The notes beneath the pieces are model-generated. The model was not told the origin of the DNA. It saw nothing but the letters and a program-made list of their open reading frames with translations, and made no database searches. This document shows, piece by piece, positions 26,745 through 35,049 of a stretch of DNA of 36,404 nt; positions within the stretch are counted from its first letter, which is position 1; each line of letters opens with the position of its first letter. The translations under genes and the position numbers were made by a program. The DNA is from a virus (Duplodnaviria; Heunggongvirae; Uroviricota; Caudoviricetes): IMG/VR virus record IMGVR_UViG_2923344815_000003, positions 1-36,404 of that record; one strand, 5' to 3'.

Positions 26745-27704
26745 TTACTCCTTGTTCATTGCGTACAGCCCATTAACCAGAGCAAAATGTGGCACCCCGT
26801 CCGTGATGAAAGTCGCATTAACTCCGCAGGCTTCGCGGATAGCGGGTGCCACAATCTCCGCCCCTCCACCGACAACCATCACCCGCCCGTAACCGGAAAA
26901 ACCCGCCAGCGCGCGGATCACTCGTTGTTTCAGTGTCTCCTCCTTTTCACGAATAACCGCCATCAGGCTGTTGTAATGCGCGTCATTGTGAATGTGCTGG
27001 CGCAGCCAGGCTTCATCGTGACGGTGCTCAATAATGGTATTGGCGATGTGGTGACTGGTACGCATACCGTTAGTGGCCATCACCGACAGCACGGCATCAG
27101 CCATCAGGGAAACGCCTACGTGTGGATCGCAAAACACCTGGCTGATACCTGCCAGCTGCCCCTGAACCTTTGCCACATCCAGCGTGGTTCCGCCCAAATC
27201 CACAATCAGCAGGGATTCAAACGGACTCATGTCAGCCAGTGCCTTAAAGCCAGCCGGAATGGATTCAGGCATAACCCGCACGTTACGGATAGTGAATGCT
27301 TCGCCGTTCTGGTACTCCACCGGGCGCATAACGTTCGCTTTTTTGCGGTTGATGTTGGCTATGTCCGGCTGTGCGTTTGTGTCGAAATACTCGCTCAGTG
27401 GCAGGGTGACAACCACATCCACCTCCTGTGGCGTGATGCCTGATTTGACCAGCGCGTGATGAATGGCAATGACATTCACATCACTGTACTGGTATTGCGT
27501 GTCGGTCGTCTGGACAAAGCGATCGCTGACCGGATCAAAACCATAGCGCACGCCATCAAGCATGTAGTTCGCGGGCTGCGTGTCACCGAACGGCGCAGAC
27601 CATTCCGACTTGAAGCTGTTCGGGCTGATGGCGTTGCGGCGTTCGCCGTTCTCAGTCCATGCCAGCTTGATGTTGGTGGAGCCGTCGTCGATACAAATTT
27701 TCAT
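26745..27704 (-). CDS. parM: ParM/StbA-family actin-like segregation ATPase
   Basis: 319 aa; MKICIDDGSTNIKLAW, ISPNSFK, YSDVNV, DLGGTTLDV, VVGGGA actin-fold motifs; close to plasmid R1 ParM along the whole length from memory. Confidence 0.85.
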   Translation of the reverse strand: MKICIDDGSTNIKLAWTENGERRNAISPNSFKSEWSAPFGDTQPANYMLDGVRYGFDPVSDRFVQTTDTQYQYSDVNVIAIHHALVKSGITPQEVDVVVTLPLSEYFDTNAQPDIANINRKKANVMRPVEYQNGEAFTIRNVRVMPESIPAGFKALADMSPFESLLIVDLGGTTLDVAKVQGQLAGISQVFCDPHVGVSLMADAVLSVMATNGMRTSHHIANTIIEHRHDEAWLRQHIHNDAHYNSLMAVIREKEETLKQRVIRALAGFSGYGRVMVVGGGAEIVAPAIREACGVNATFITDGVPHFALVNGLYAMNKE

Positions 27705-27735
27705 GTCGCTTTTCCTTATGTTGATTAATTAATCG

Positions 27736-27773
27736 TTTACGGGATTCTGAAATCCCGTTTTTGCCTGTTTTGT
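27736..27773. repeat. direct repeat copy 1 (39 bp with internal dyad) just upstream of parM
   Basis: tttacgggattctgaaatcccgtttttgcctgttttgtg. Confidence 0.7.
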
Positions 27774-27780
27774 GCGCGCT

Positions 27781-30588
27781 TCATATATCGCTGCGCGTTT
27801 TTTGCTCATTTACGGGATTCGTGAGTCCCGTTTCTGTCTGTTTTTTGTTTCCACTGGTCAGGCCACCCTGCAGCAGGTCTGCTTTGCGGCTGGCGCGTTC
27901 AGTGGTTTCACTGATTCTCTGTGCGTGCTCTGCGTCGCGGATGGCGCGCAGCATGTCAGAAAGCACGGTAACGGGTGTTTTCATGGTGTTCTGATCCTGC
28001 TGAAGTGCGGATGCCAGGCGTGCGGCGGCTTCGGGGTCTGATGCCCCCAGCTGTGCCAGATAGCTGGCGACCGGGTTATGGCGGATCTCCGTGCTGCTTA
28101 CGCCGTGATTACGGCTCAGGTGCTGCCAGAGCTGCGTGATTCGGCTGTCCGGGCGGGTATCCGGTTTGCGTACAATTTCATATCCCTGCGGTGCAATGAT
28201 GCTGCCGTCAACGTACAGGCTGCCGCCCCGTAGCAGGTGCTGCGTCTGCTGTTCACCGATATGCAGGCCGAGAGATTCGGCAGACTCCCGCCATTCTTTA
28301 GCGAGTAATTCGTGGTTATCAGGCAAAGGCCGCTGCTGTTTGCGGCTCTGTGTCCAGCTCTGCATTTCATCACTGCTGTTTTTTGCCTGTTTGTCACGAA
28401 GCGAACGCATCAGCGCCCGGCGTTCGTGCCGTTTCAGTGAGCGCATCCATTCGTTCACTTCAACGCCGTCAGGAAGCTGCGGCCACGGTGCTGGCCGTTC
28501 TTTCGACTGTTCTGTCCCGCTGTTGCCTGTTTCCTGTACACGGGGACAGTTATTGCCACGAGTCCAAGGGGCGGCAGGGCCGCCCTGAAGGTCAAAACCA
28601 TTTTCGCGGGCGCTGTCTTCCGCTTCCGGTTTGCGTCTTACCAGCTTCCAGTTATCCGGATGCGTGCACACACGGGAGGATTCCCCGATGAGTGGTGACC
28701 AGATCCCGTAAATCTGTACGCTCTGTTCGCCGTAATCGTTCAGCTCATCGGCGAGGTCGTAGGCGGTGCGAATCAGGTAGTCTTTGCGTGGAACAAGTAC
28801 GCCGCCCTGTTTCTCTATGTAGGTGGCAAAACATCCTGCATCAGCGGCAGCGAGTACCGCATCCATTGCGTCATCCTTCAGCCGTTGCGGGCCTTCCGGG
28901 TTGCGTGCCATCTGGCTGGCAAGGCGGCGGAGTTCACGCCACACCTGACGGGAGGGGATGCCAAAGAACTGGAACTGGCGGACCCGGTGAAGGCGCGCCC
29001 AGCCGATGGCGCGTTCCACGCTCTCGGCCATTGATTTTCCGGTTTCGTGGTCAACGCGTGGCTTGCCCGTTTTCTGGTCGATGCCATCCACGGCGCGGCT
29101 GTCCAGGTTCTTTCCGATGTAGGTGGCGATGTAGCTGGTTGGTGTGCCTTTTGAGCCGTCTACGTACTCCGCCTTAAAACGCGGAGTTATGTCATCGCCC
29201 AGCTCGTGGCGGTCTTCCTGAATGGCAATATCGCAGACGTGGGACACGATGGTTTCAATCTCGTCCGGATGTGCAAAGACCATCATATGCCAGTGCACGG
29301 TGCCGTCATGGTGAGGCTCCACCGTGCGGATGCCATACCAGCGCAGGCCGTCGCGGTTCAGTTTCTTGCGGACCGCCGCAAAAAACGTGTTAACCAGGTA
29401 ATCGCTGGAGTCGCGCATGGTGGCCCCGTTCCATTTGGGATTCGGATGACCGTTCTCTGTTGTGGCGTGGTATTTTGACGGGCAGGTGACAGTCAGAAAC
29501 ACCGCTTTGTCGCCACGGGCTTCGGCCAGAAGTTCCAGCCCCTTCATGGTGGCCATCATTTCTGCCTTACGGTGAACCGGGTTACTTACTCCCGCGTAAT
29601 ACACTGTCTCGAGATCAATCGTGAACCCGTCTTCGTTTTCCAGCATGAAACTTTTCAGGAAATCGCGTGTTTTCTCGCGCTGTGCGCGAAACTCGCTTAA
29701 CGCGTCCTGGCTCAGATAGGGTGATGTTTTTCTGGAAACCAGACAGGCGGCGCGGAGTTGTTCTTCTCTCCACTCGCAACGTAACAGCCACAATTTGCGT
29801 TTCCACCATTCCGCACAGGTCAGGCGAAGGATTGCGCCCGGTAACAGTTCCGTATCCGGATCGCTCTTGTTCAGGGCTTCGTAATGTGGCGGCATGATGT
29901 GCAGGCGTAATGCGATACGGGCCAGCATCCGGTAAGCCTTCAACATTACATCCATGGTCAGCTCGCCATCTCTGGCACCAAAGCCATCGCAGAGTGTTTC
30001 GAAGGTGCTGCTGAACATCGCCGCCGTCATGGTGGCCAGCGTCTGTATCTGGTGCTTGTTGAGCTGCGGCAGGTAAAGCAAATCGTCCAGGCGTTCGCGC
30101 CCGGCAAGGGAGCGATAACCCGGTGTCAGCCAGCGCCCGTCAGTGCGATCCAGACGTTCGAATATTTTGCGCAGGGTCCCGCGCGCGTAGCGTTCAGCCT
30201 GCTGGTTCTTTTTACCTTTCTGGCGGTCAGATTCCTGTTTTTTGCGCAGGAAGGAGAGGTGGCGAATAAGCGGATCGCGCAGATAGGATGGCAGCAGGCG
30301 CAGCGAGGCCATGGCTTCATCCACCGCGCCGCGTACCTGCTTTCTGGCGTCTCCTGCCAGTGTGATGGTTTTGTCCTGTTTTTCCTGTGCGTCCAGGCTT
30401 TTATTAATCAGGTTGCCCAGCGGCGTGGCGGAGAACGCCGCATCAGCCATTTCCTGGCAGCGCTCGTTCTCTGCCCGGTAGGCATCCAGCCAGGAGGAAA
30501 GCGCGGATTCAGGAGCGGGGATCCCCGTTCCTTCACGCCCCACTGCGTGGCGCGGTTGCTGCCAGTCCCTGATGTACTCTGCCGTCAT
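27781..30588 (-). CDS. A: replication initiation endonuclease gpA (rolling-circle initiator)
   Basis: 935 aa; HxH (VHWHMMVF) and double-tyrosine YIATYIGK motifs. Confidence 0.9.
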   Translation of the reverse strand: MTAEYIRDWQQPRHAVGREGTGIPAPESALSSWLDAYRAENERCQEMADAAFSATPLGNLINKSLDAQEKQDKTITLAGDARKQVRGAVDEAMASLRLLPSYLRDPLIRHLSFLRKKQESDRQKGKKNQQAERYARGTLRKIFERLDRTDGRWLTPGYRSLAGRERLDDLLYLPQLNKHQIQTLATMTAAMFSSTFETLCDGFGARDGELTMDVMLKAYRMLARIALRLHIMPPHYEALNKSDPDTELLPGAILRLTCAEWWKRKLWLLRCEWREEQLRAACLVSRKTSPYLSQDALSEFRAQREKTRDFLKSFMLENEDGFTIDLETVYYAGVSNPVHRKAEMMATMKGLELLAEARGDKAVFLTVTCPSKYHATTENGHPNPKWNGATMRDSSDYLVNTFFAAVRKKLNRDGLRWYGIRTVEPHHDGTVHWHMMVFAHPDEIETIVSHVCDIAIQEDRHELGDDITPRFKAEYVDGSKGTPTSYIATYIGKNLDSRAVDGIDQKTGKPRVDHETGKSMAESVERAIGWARLHRVRQFQFFGIPSRQVWRELRRLASQMARNPEGPQRLKDDAMDAVLAAADAGCFATYIEKQGGVLVPRKDYLIRTAYDLADELNDYGEQSVQIYGIWSPLIGESSRVCTHPDNWKLVRRKPEAEDSARENGFDLQGGPAAPWTRGNNCPRVQETGNSGTEQSKERPAPWPQLPDGVEVNEWMRSLKRHERRALMRSLRDKQAKNSSDEMQSWTQSRKQQRPLPDNHELLAKEWRESAESLGLHIGEQQTQHLLRGGSLYVDGSIIAPQGYEIVRKPDTRPDSRITQLWQHLSRNHGVSSTEIRHNPVASYLAQLGASDPEAAARLASALQQDQNTMKTPVTVLSDMLRAIRDAEHAQRISETTERASRKADLLQGGLTSGNKKQTETGLTNPVNEQKTRSDI
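27809..27847. repeat. direct repeat copy 2, encoding the last 13 codons of gene A
   Basis: tttacgggattcgtgagtcccgtttctgtctgttttttg; minus strand encodes KKQTETGLTNPVN. Confidence 0.7.
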
Positions 30589-30594
30589 AGTGAT

Positions 30595-30960
30595 TTACTT
30601 CGTTATGCCATTCAGGGTGTCGCGGCAGACTGTAGCCAGCCGCTGAATTTCCAGCACGGTGTCTTCTGTGTCGGCATGGCGATGTGTGATGCGGATGCTG
30701 TCGGCAATCACATCGACGATTGCAGAGGATGGGCGCTGGTAAATGCCAATAACGGACGGGGTGCCACCTTCAATGCGGTAAAGCCTGTAATTTCCCTCGT
30801 GGCTGTCAATCATGTAGCGACCATCAATAACAATCTTTCCGTCAGCGAGCTGCGGTACAGGCAGGGATTTCAGGTACATGTCATAACGTTCACGCACGCG
30901 AACGGCAAGATCACGTTCTGTGTTGAGCAGGTATTCAAGAAAGTCGTTGGCGAGAATCAT
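30595..30960 (-). CDS. hypothetical early protein
   Basis: 121-aa ORF immediately upstream of A on the same strand. Confidence 0.55.
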   Translation of the reverse strand: MILANDFLEYLLNTERDLAVRVRERYDMYLKSLPVPQLADGKIVIDGRYMIDSHEGNYRLYRIEGGTPSVIGIYQRPSSAIVDVIADSIRITHRHADTEDTVLEIQRLATVCRDTLNGITK

Positions 30961-31032
30961 TGCGGCAATCCTCTTGTTACAGATGTGCGAAGGCCTCCCG
31001 CCGCAAGGTGCAGGAAAGGCCCGGAACAGGAA

Positions 31033-31263
31033 TTAATGGAGTTTGTTTTGCTGCTGGATGAGCTGCTGAAGCTCGCGCAGATCATCCGCCAGATAACTGA
31101 AAACAGCGGATGAATAGAGGTTTGAAAGTTCGCAGCTACGCTCATGCAGCATATTGATGTGCATGATTTGCGCGACGCGTGATGCGCGGGAAAGTCTGCG
31201 GTTGATTTCAGTCTGGATGTGACGACGCTCCGCGATAGCGCGGTGCTGTTTGCGGTTTGCCAT
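31033..31263 (-). CDS. hypothetical early protein
   Basis: 76-aa ORF in early operon. Confidence 0.45.
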   Translation of the reverse strand: MANRKQHRAIAERRHIQTEINRRLSRASRVAQIMHINMLHERSCELSNLYSSAVFSYLADDLRELQQLIQQQNKLH

Positions 31264-31442
31264 GGTGTGGCCTCTACGTGTGTAAGTTTTGAAAACTCAC
31301 CATCCAGAGCTGCGAAACTGTGGGTGGCGAGACGTACGAGGTTCGCAGTACCGGCAAACGCAGAACCCGGCCCGACCGAAGTCGGCCCCGTACGCCCCAC
31401 CATAATTCTGATGCGAAAAAGACGTGGCGATACAGTACGCAC

Positions 31443-31463
31443 AAAAAAACCGCTGGCGCGGTT
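31443..31463 (-). terminator. candidate intrinsic terminator inside the early region (minus strand)
   Basis: accgc-gcca-gcggt hairpin followed by T7 on the minus strand. Confidence 0.4.
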
Positions 31464-31585
31464 GTGCGCTACGTTTGTCAGCGGGCTGCGAAACCCGGCA
31501 CCCGTTTTATGAGGTGCAGCGGAAATGTAACCTGACTGATTGCGGCATGGCAAGCGGTTTTTTTGTGTGTGCATGTTCTGGTTTC

Positions 31586-31885
31586 TTAGTGGTTCAGAAA
31601 AAAATCAAAAACCTTGTCAATGCGTTGCAGCAGCTCTTGCTGTATTGCTTCCGGCGTTTCCGGTTCGCCTGGCGCCTCCAACGTCGCGCAGAAATCCTCG
31701 ATTTCATGACGGAGCGTCAGGCGAATGGCGAGAGGTGTGGTTCTGGCGTGCTCCAGCTCATCCAGCAGCGCCAGCACAGCAGACGGCGAGAGCATTGCGC
31801 GAAACGCCAGTAATTTTTGAGGCGTTGCCATTCGTTGCAGGTCAGTCGCCAGTTCGCGTAATTCCTTGTGGTTGATGGCGCTCAT
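31586..31885 (-). CDS. hypothetical early protein
   Basis: 99 aa; start overlaps stop of upstream gene (ATGA). Confidence 0.55.
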   Translation of the reverse strand: MSAINHKELRELATDLQRMATPQKLLAFRAMLSPSAVLALLDELEHARTTPLAIRLTLRHEIEDFCATLEAPGEPETPEAIQQELLQRIDKVFDFFLNH

Positions 31886-32127
31886 GCTCTGGCTTCCTTC
31901 AGTAGCTGGTTAAACATGTTGGTAAGTGGATTGCCACACCCGAACGGCATCGGGTTTATCTGGTAAGAAAAGCGACCGCCTGTTTTGCGCTCTTTTCTTA
32001 TGACTGAACCGCTGCGCCAGAGTCGGCGTAACTCCGCATTAATGGCTGTGGTTGGGGTATTCAGTGCTGCGGCGATTTCTCCACCGCTACACCCCGGATT
32101 GGCGGCAATATAGTCCAGAATGGTCAT
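31882..32127 (-). CDS. winged-helix DNA-binding protein
   Basis: 81 aa; GEIAAALNTPTTAINAELRRLWRSGSV helix-turn-helix-like segment; 4-nt overlaps on both sides. Confidence 0.6.
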   Translation of the reverse strand: MTILDYIAANPGCSGGEIAAALNTPTTAINAELRRLWRSGSVIRKERKTGGRFSYQINPMPFGCGNPLTNMFNQLLKEARA

Positions 32128-32327
32128 CTGCGTGACTCCTGTACCTGTCGGATAAGGTTCACCCGCACCACATTCGTGGCGCAGAAGTAAGTGCCGTCAG
32201 TGAGATAGATGTGATGTGCATCCTTTTCTGAACGGTGTTTGTCGATTGTGGTAATCAGGCGTTCGTCGACTTCGTATTCCCGCCCTCTGGAGGTAAAACG
32301 AACGACAGGAAAATGCTTAATTGCCAT
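32124..32327 (-). CDS. hypothetical early protein
   Basis: 67 aa; AAGGAGG RBS. Confidence 0.55.
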   Translation of the reverse strand: MAIKHFPVVRFTSRGREYEVDERLITTIDKHRSEKDAHHIYLTDGTYFCATNVVRVNLIRQVQESRR

Positions 32328-32413
32328 TACGCCTCCTTGGCGTGTGCGAATACCTCCGCGAATGCGGATTGTTTTTACATTTTCTTATTTAATCTGTGGT
32401 TTTATTTGTTCTG

Positions 32414-32527
32414 TTATTCGCCAGTGAAAAAGCGTTCAATCTTTTTTATTGAATGAATAATTCGCATAATCCCAATAGCGCAGGCCACCGAAATAATCAG
32501 AACAAGCCATGAGATAAATATACTCAT
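32414..32527 (-). CDS. 37-aa hydrophobic peptide (single predicted TM helix)
   Basis: Hand translation MSIFISWLVLIISVACAIGIMRIIHSIKKIERFFTGE; ATG overlaps stop of upstream gene (ATGA); not in the ORF track. Confidence 0.4.
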   Translation of the reverse strand: MSIFISWLVLIISVACAIGIMRIIHSIKKIERFFTGE

Positions 32528-32769
32528 GCGATATTCCCCAGCTTATACGGTTCAATATGTTCCCCGCATTCTGCGGCACAGATCAGCTCGGAAAGTTCGT
32601 TAAGTGCATCCAGATCATCAGCGTAAAAAGCTACGTCATACAGACTTCGGATTGCTCTGGTCAATGAGTCACGGGCCGCACGTTCAGCATGAGCGCCTGA
32701 TGCACTTAAGCGAAAATAAAAACGCTCAAGTGCTTTGTTAATGAGAGTTTTATATTCTTTGCCCATCAC
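32524..32769 (-). CDS. hypothetical early protein
   Basis: 81-aa ORF. Confidence 0.55.
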   Translation of the reverse strand: MMGKEYKTLINKALERFYFRLSASGAHAERAARDSLTRAIRSLYDVAFYADDLDALNELSELICAAECGEHIEPYKLGNIA

Positions 32770-32777
32770 AACGCCCT

Positions 32778-33065
32778 TTAATCTGCTTTCTGTATTTCAG
32801 CTTCTGAATCCATACAAATAATTTCGATATAGGGTTCATCGCCATTAACCTGGCGTGCCTTTTCAGCTTCGCTAATGATTTCTCGTACGGTCTGGTACGG
32901 AAGTTCCACAAGCAGTCGCGTGCCGTTCAGATAAACGTAAGTGGCTTCGTCGGCTCCGTTTTTACCCGCCGGAGTCACTCCGTCAATAGCGGATGCACGT
33001 AATAACAGTTCACCGCGAAAATCAATAAAACGGATAAATACACCTTGTGCATGGTCTTTGGTCAT
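32778..33065 (-). CDS. hypothetical early protein
   Basis: Track ORF 32778-33179 overlaps the next gene; internal Met at 33065 gives a non-overlapping 95-aa product. Confidence 0.5.
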   Translation of the reverse strand: MTKDHAQGVFIRFIDFRGELLLRASAIDGVTPAGKNGADEATYVYLNGTRLLVELPYQTVREIISEAEKARQVNGDEPYIEIICMDSEAEIQKAD

Positions 33066-33075
33066 AAAGCACCTG

Positions 33076-33426
33076 TTATAAATCAGCCTGTTTAATAAAA
33101 CTTTGCCCGCGAAGCAGACGATCAACCGTGCGAAGTGCTTCGTATAATGTGAAATCCTGCCCGAACTGATTGTCGCCACTGCTTAGAGCAAAAATGCGGT
33201 TTCCGGTAAACGGATTGCGTGGGCATTTGTGGACCACGATTCCAGCTTTCTCAATCAGCCAGGCATGCTCGCCGATTTGTTTTACAGCGTGGCCATCCGG
33301 TGTTGCGTGCGTCTCGTTCAGGTTATAGCGACTGTTACTACGTGATGCACTGGTAGCGACGTGGTGTACATGGCGTTCTACGCCATTACGAAATTTGGAG
33401 TATGGATTATTAGCGTTTTTTTTCAT
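33076..33426 (-). CDS. hypothetical early protein
   Basis: 116-aa ORF. Confidence 0.55.
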   Translation of the reverse strand: MKKNANNPYSKFRNGVERHVHHVATSASRSNSRYNLNETHATPDGHAVKQIGEHAWLIEKAGIVVHKCPRNPFTGNRIFALSSGDNQFGQDFTLYEALRTVDRLLRGQSFIKQADL

Positions 33427-33447
33427 GATGGTGCTCTGTTCATTGTT

Positions 33448-33651
33448 TTAGCTGTTAGTCAAAGCGTCTTTTAACATCGCCACAAGGTTTACTTCAGGCT
33501 TTTCCATTTTGGCGCGTTTGGGGCGGATAATAATTCGACCGTCAGCCAACATCTTTTTGCATGTATTAAGAGGGATACCTGTTATCTCTGCATATTTCTG
33601 CAGGGATACATAGGGGGCATTCACATTGATATTGATGGTTATACCTGACAT
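33448..33651 (-). CDS. small HTH DNA-binding protein (Cox/Apl/excisionase-like candidate)
   Basis: 67 aa; YVSLQKYAEITGIPLNTCKKMLADGRI helix-turn-helix-like; second gene of early operon. Confidence 0.5.
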   Translation of the reverse strand: MSGITININVNAPYVSLQKYAEITGIPLNTCKKMLADGRIIIRPKRAKMEKPEVNLVAMLKDALTNS

Positions 33652-33667
33652 CCCACTAGCCTCTTGA

Positions 33668-33874
33668 TCAGGAAGATTTGTTTTGTTCTTTCTGGGTTAG
33701 TTCTAGGCCGCGAAGGAAGATCATGCGCGCCATGTTAGAGGATGAGCGTTGTTCTTTAGCTGCCATTTCATCAATGACGGCTCGCTCCTCGAGGGACAGC
33801 CGAAGTGCCAGTCTTGGACCTGTGGCGGTGTTACGCGGAATGCGTGATCTGGTATCGTGAAGAACTTGTTTCAT
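33668..33874 (-). CDS. ribbon-helix-helix (CopG/Arc-like) protein, first gene of the early lytic operon
   Basis: 68 aa; RLSLEERAVIDEMAAKEQRSSSNMARMIF; divergent from the repressor gene. Confidence 0.6.
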   Translation of the reverse strand: MKQVLHDTRSRIPRNTATGPRLALRLSLEERAVIDEMAAKEQRSSSNMARMIFLRGLELTQKEQNKSS

Positions 33875-33949
33875 AGTGGTATATTGTGATCATCTAATAG
33901 CTCGTGAAATCATTTTGGTATCAAAAAAGATACCTGTCAAGGTTTTTGT
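33875..33949. promoter_or_regulatory. immunity switch region with repeated operator half-sites
   Basis: GGTATC-N6-GATACC inverted repeat at 33917-33934; further GGTAT half-sites at 33878 and 33851. Confidence 0.45.
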
Positions 33950-34354
33950 ATGAAAAATGATATTGGTCAGCGGTTGCGTGAGGAAAGGGAAAGATTGGGA
34001 CTTAGTCAAGTTGCCATGAGCGACATTGGTGGAGTCAAAAAGCTAACTCAGCTTAGATATGAGAAAGGAGATAGCTTTCCTGATGCTGCGTATTTGGCAG
34101 CGCTGTCTCGTTTTGGCCTTGATGTTCAGTATGTTGTGTTGGGAATTCACTCACCTGAAACTTATAACGATGATGAGCAGGAGTTGATTACTCGCTTTCG
34201 AGCAGCTTCGTTAGATGTGAAAAACGCGGTGATTGGGGCTTTAAAAGGTGCGATCAGTGAAAAGGAAACTCAGCCATCAGGACGTGAGTTAAATATTTCT
34301 GGTGGTAATAACCGTATCGCTGGTCGTGACTATAACGAAACTAAGGGCAGGTGA
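33950..34354 (+). CDS. XRE-family HTH immunity repressor
   Basis: 134 aa; N-terminal HTH (QRLREERERLGLSQVAMSDIGGVKKLTQLRYEKGDSFPDAAYLAALSRFG); divergent from early operon. Confidence 0.8.
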   Translation: MKNDIGQRLREERERLGLSQVAMSDIGGVKKLTQLRYEKGDSFPDAAYLAALSRFGLDVQYVVLGIHSPETYNDDEQELITRFRAASLDVKNAVIGALKGAISEKETQPSGRELNISGGNNRIAGRDYNETKGR

Positions 34355-34369
34355 TAGTAGGGAGGTGAC

Positions 34370-35020
34370 ATGGCCGTCAACTCAAACGGTTCAAACAATC
34401 GCGTTGCTGGGCGTGATTTTCACGAAAAGAATATTCAGATAGAGCGATATGATGGTTCTCATACCGTCAATATCGCAATCCCTTCGAATAATGATGATGA
34501 CGATCGCCCTTTGCTTAAGGCTCAGCGTAAGGAGCTAAATAGCTTGGTTGCTGCTATTGCAGAAGCTAGCAATACTGAAGCGTTTATTATTTGGCAAAAA
34601 GTACATGCGGAGATTGGTGTAGCTGGTATTGATGATATGACAGTAAATCAATATAAAACAGCGGAGAGTTTTCTGCATGCAATGCTTGAGCGATGTAAAG
34701 ATCATGATGCCTGTAAGGCTCTTGTAAGTTTATTACTACGTAACAGTGAAGACTGTGGACTTCGACAAAAACTTCTGCGGTATTGCCATATCAATTTCGG
34801 TACAGGACGTTTAAACGATCTTACTCGTTCTCAGTTACAGTCTGCATTGTCGTGGTTAGAGCAACAATCGGCATCAAGCCACACAGAGAGTTCGACCTTA
34901 CCAGAAGTCCGACTTCGTGCTTCAGAATTAATCCGACTTTATCCAAAAGAAATAATATTCTTTATCTGCGTAGGGGGTTTGGTAGGCGGTGTCATTTCTA
35001 GAGCGTTTTTTAATTTGTAA
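34370..35020 (+). CDS. hypothetical C-terminally membrane-anchored protein (cargo gene)
   Basis: 216 aa; GGAGGTGA RBS; C-terminal TM helix IIFFICVGGLVGGVISRAFF; N-terminal motif NNRVAGRDFHE echoes the repressor C-terminus NNRIAGRDYNE; AT-rich by eye. Confidence 0.65.
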   Translation: MAVNSNGSNNRVAGRDFHEKNIQIERYDGSHTVNIAIPSNNDDDDRPLLKAQRKELNSLVAAIAEASNTEAFIIWQKVHAEIGVAGIDDMTVNQYKTAESFLHAMLERCKDHDACKALVSLLLRNSEDCGLRQKLLRYCHINFGTGRLNDLTRSQLQSALSWLEQQSASSHTESSTLPEVRLRASELIRLYPKEIIFFICVGGLVGGVISRAFFNL

Positions 35021-35049
35021 TCTTACTTGAGCTAAATTGAGGTAATGAT

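Noticed and set aside
28136-29177. Several 100-160-aa plus-strand ORFs inside gene A
   Set aside because: Antisense to A, Arg/Cys-rich low-complexity products typical of GC-rich antisense frames.
30957-31574. 205-aa minus-strand ORF
   Set aside because: Low-complexity Ser/Ala-rich translation, overlaps ORF 31033-31263 and reads through a hairpin plus T-tract; more likely non-coding.
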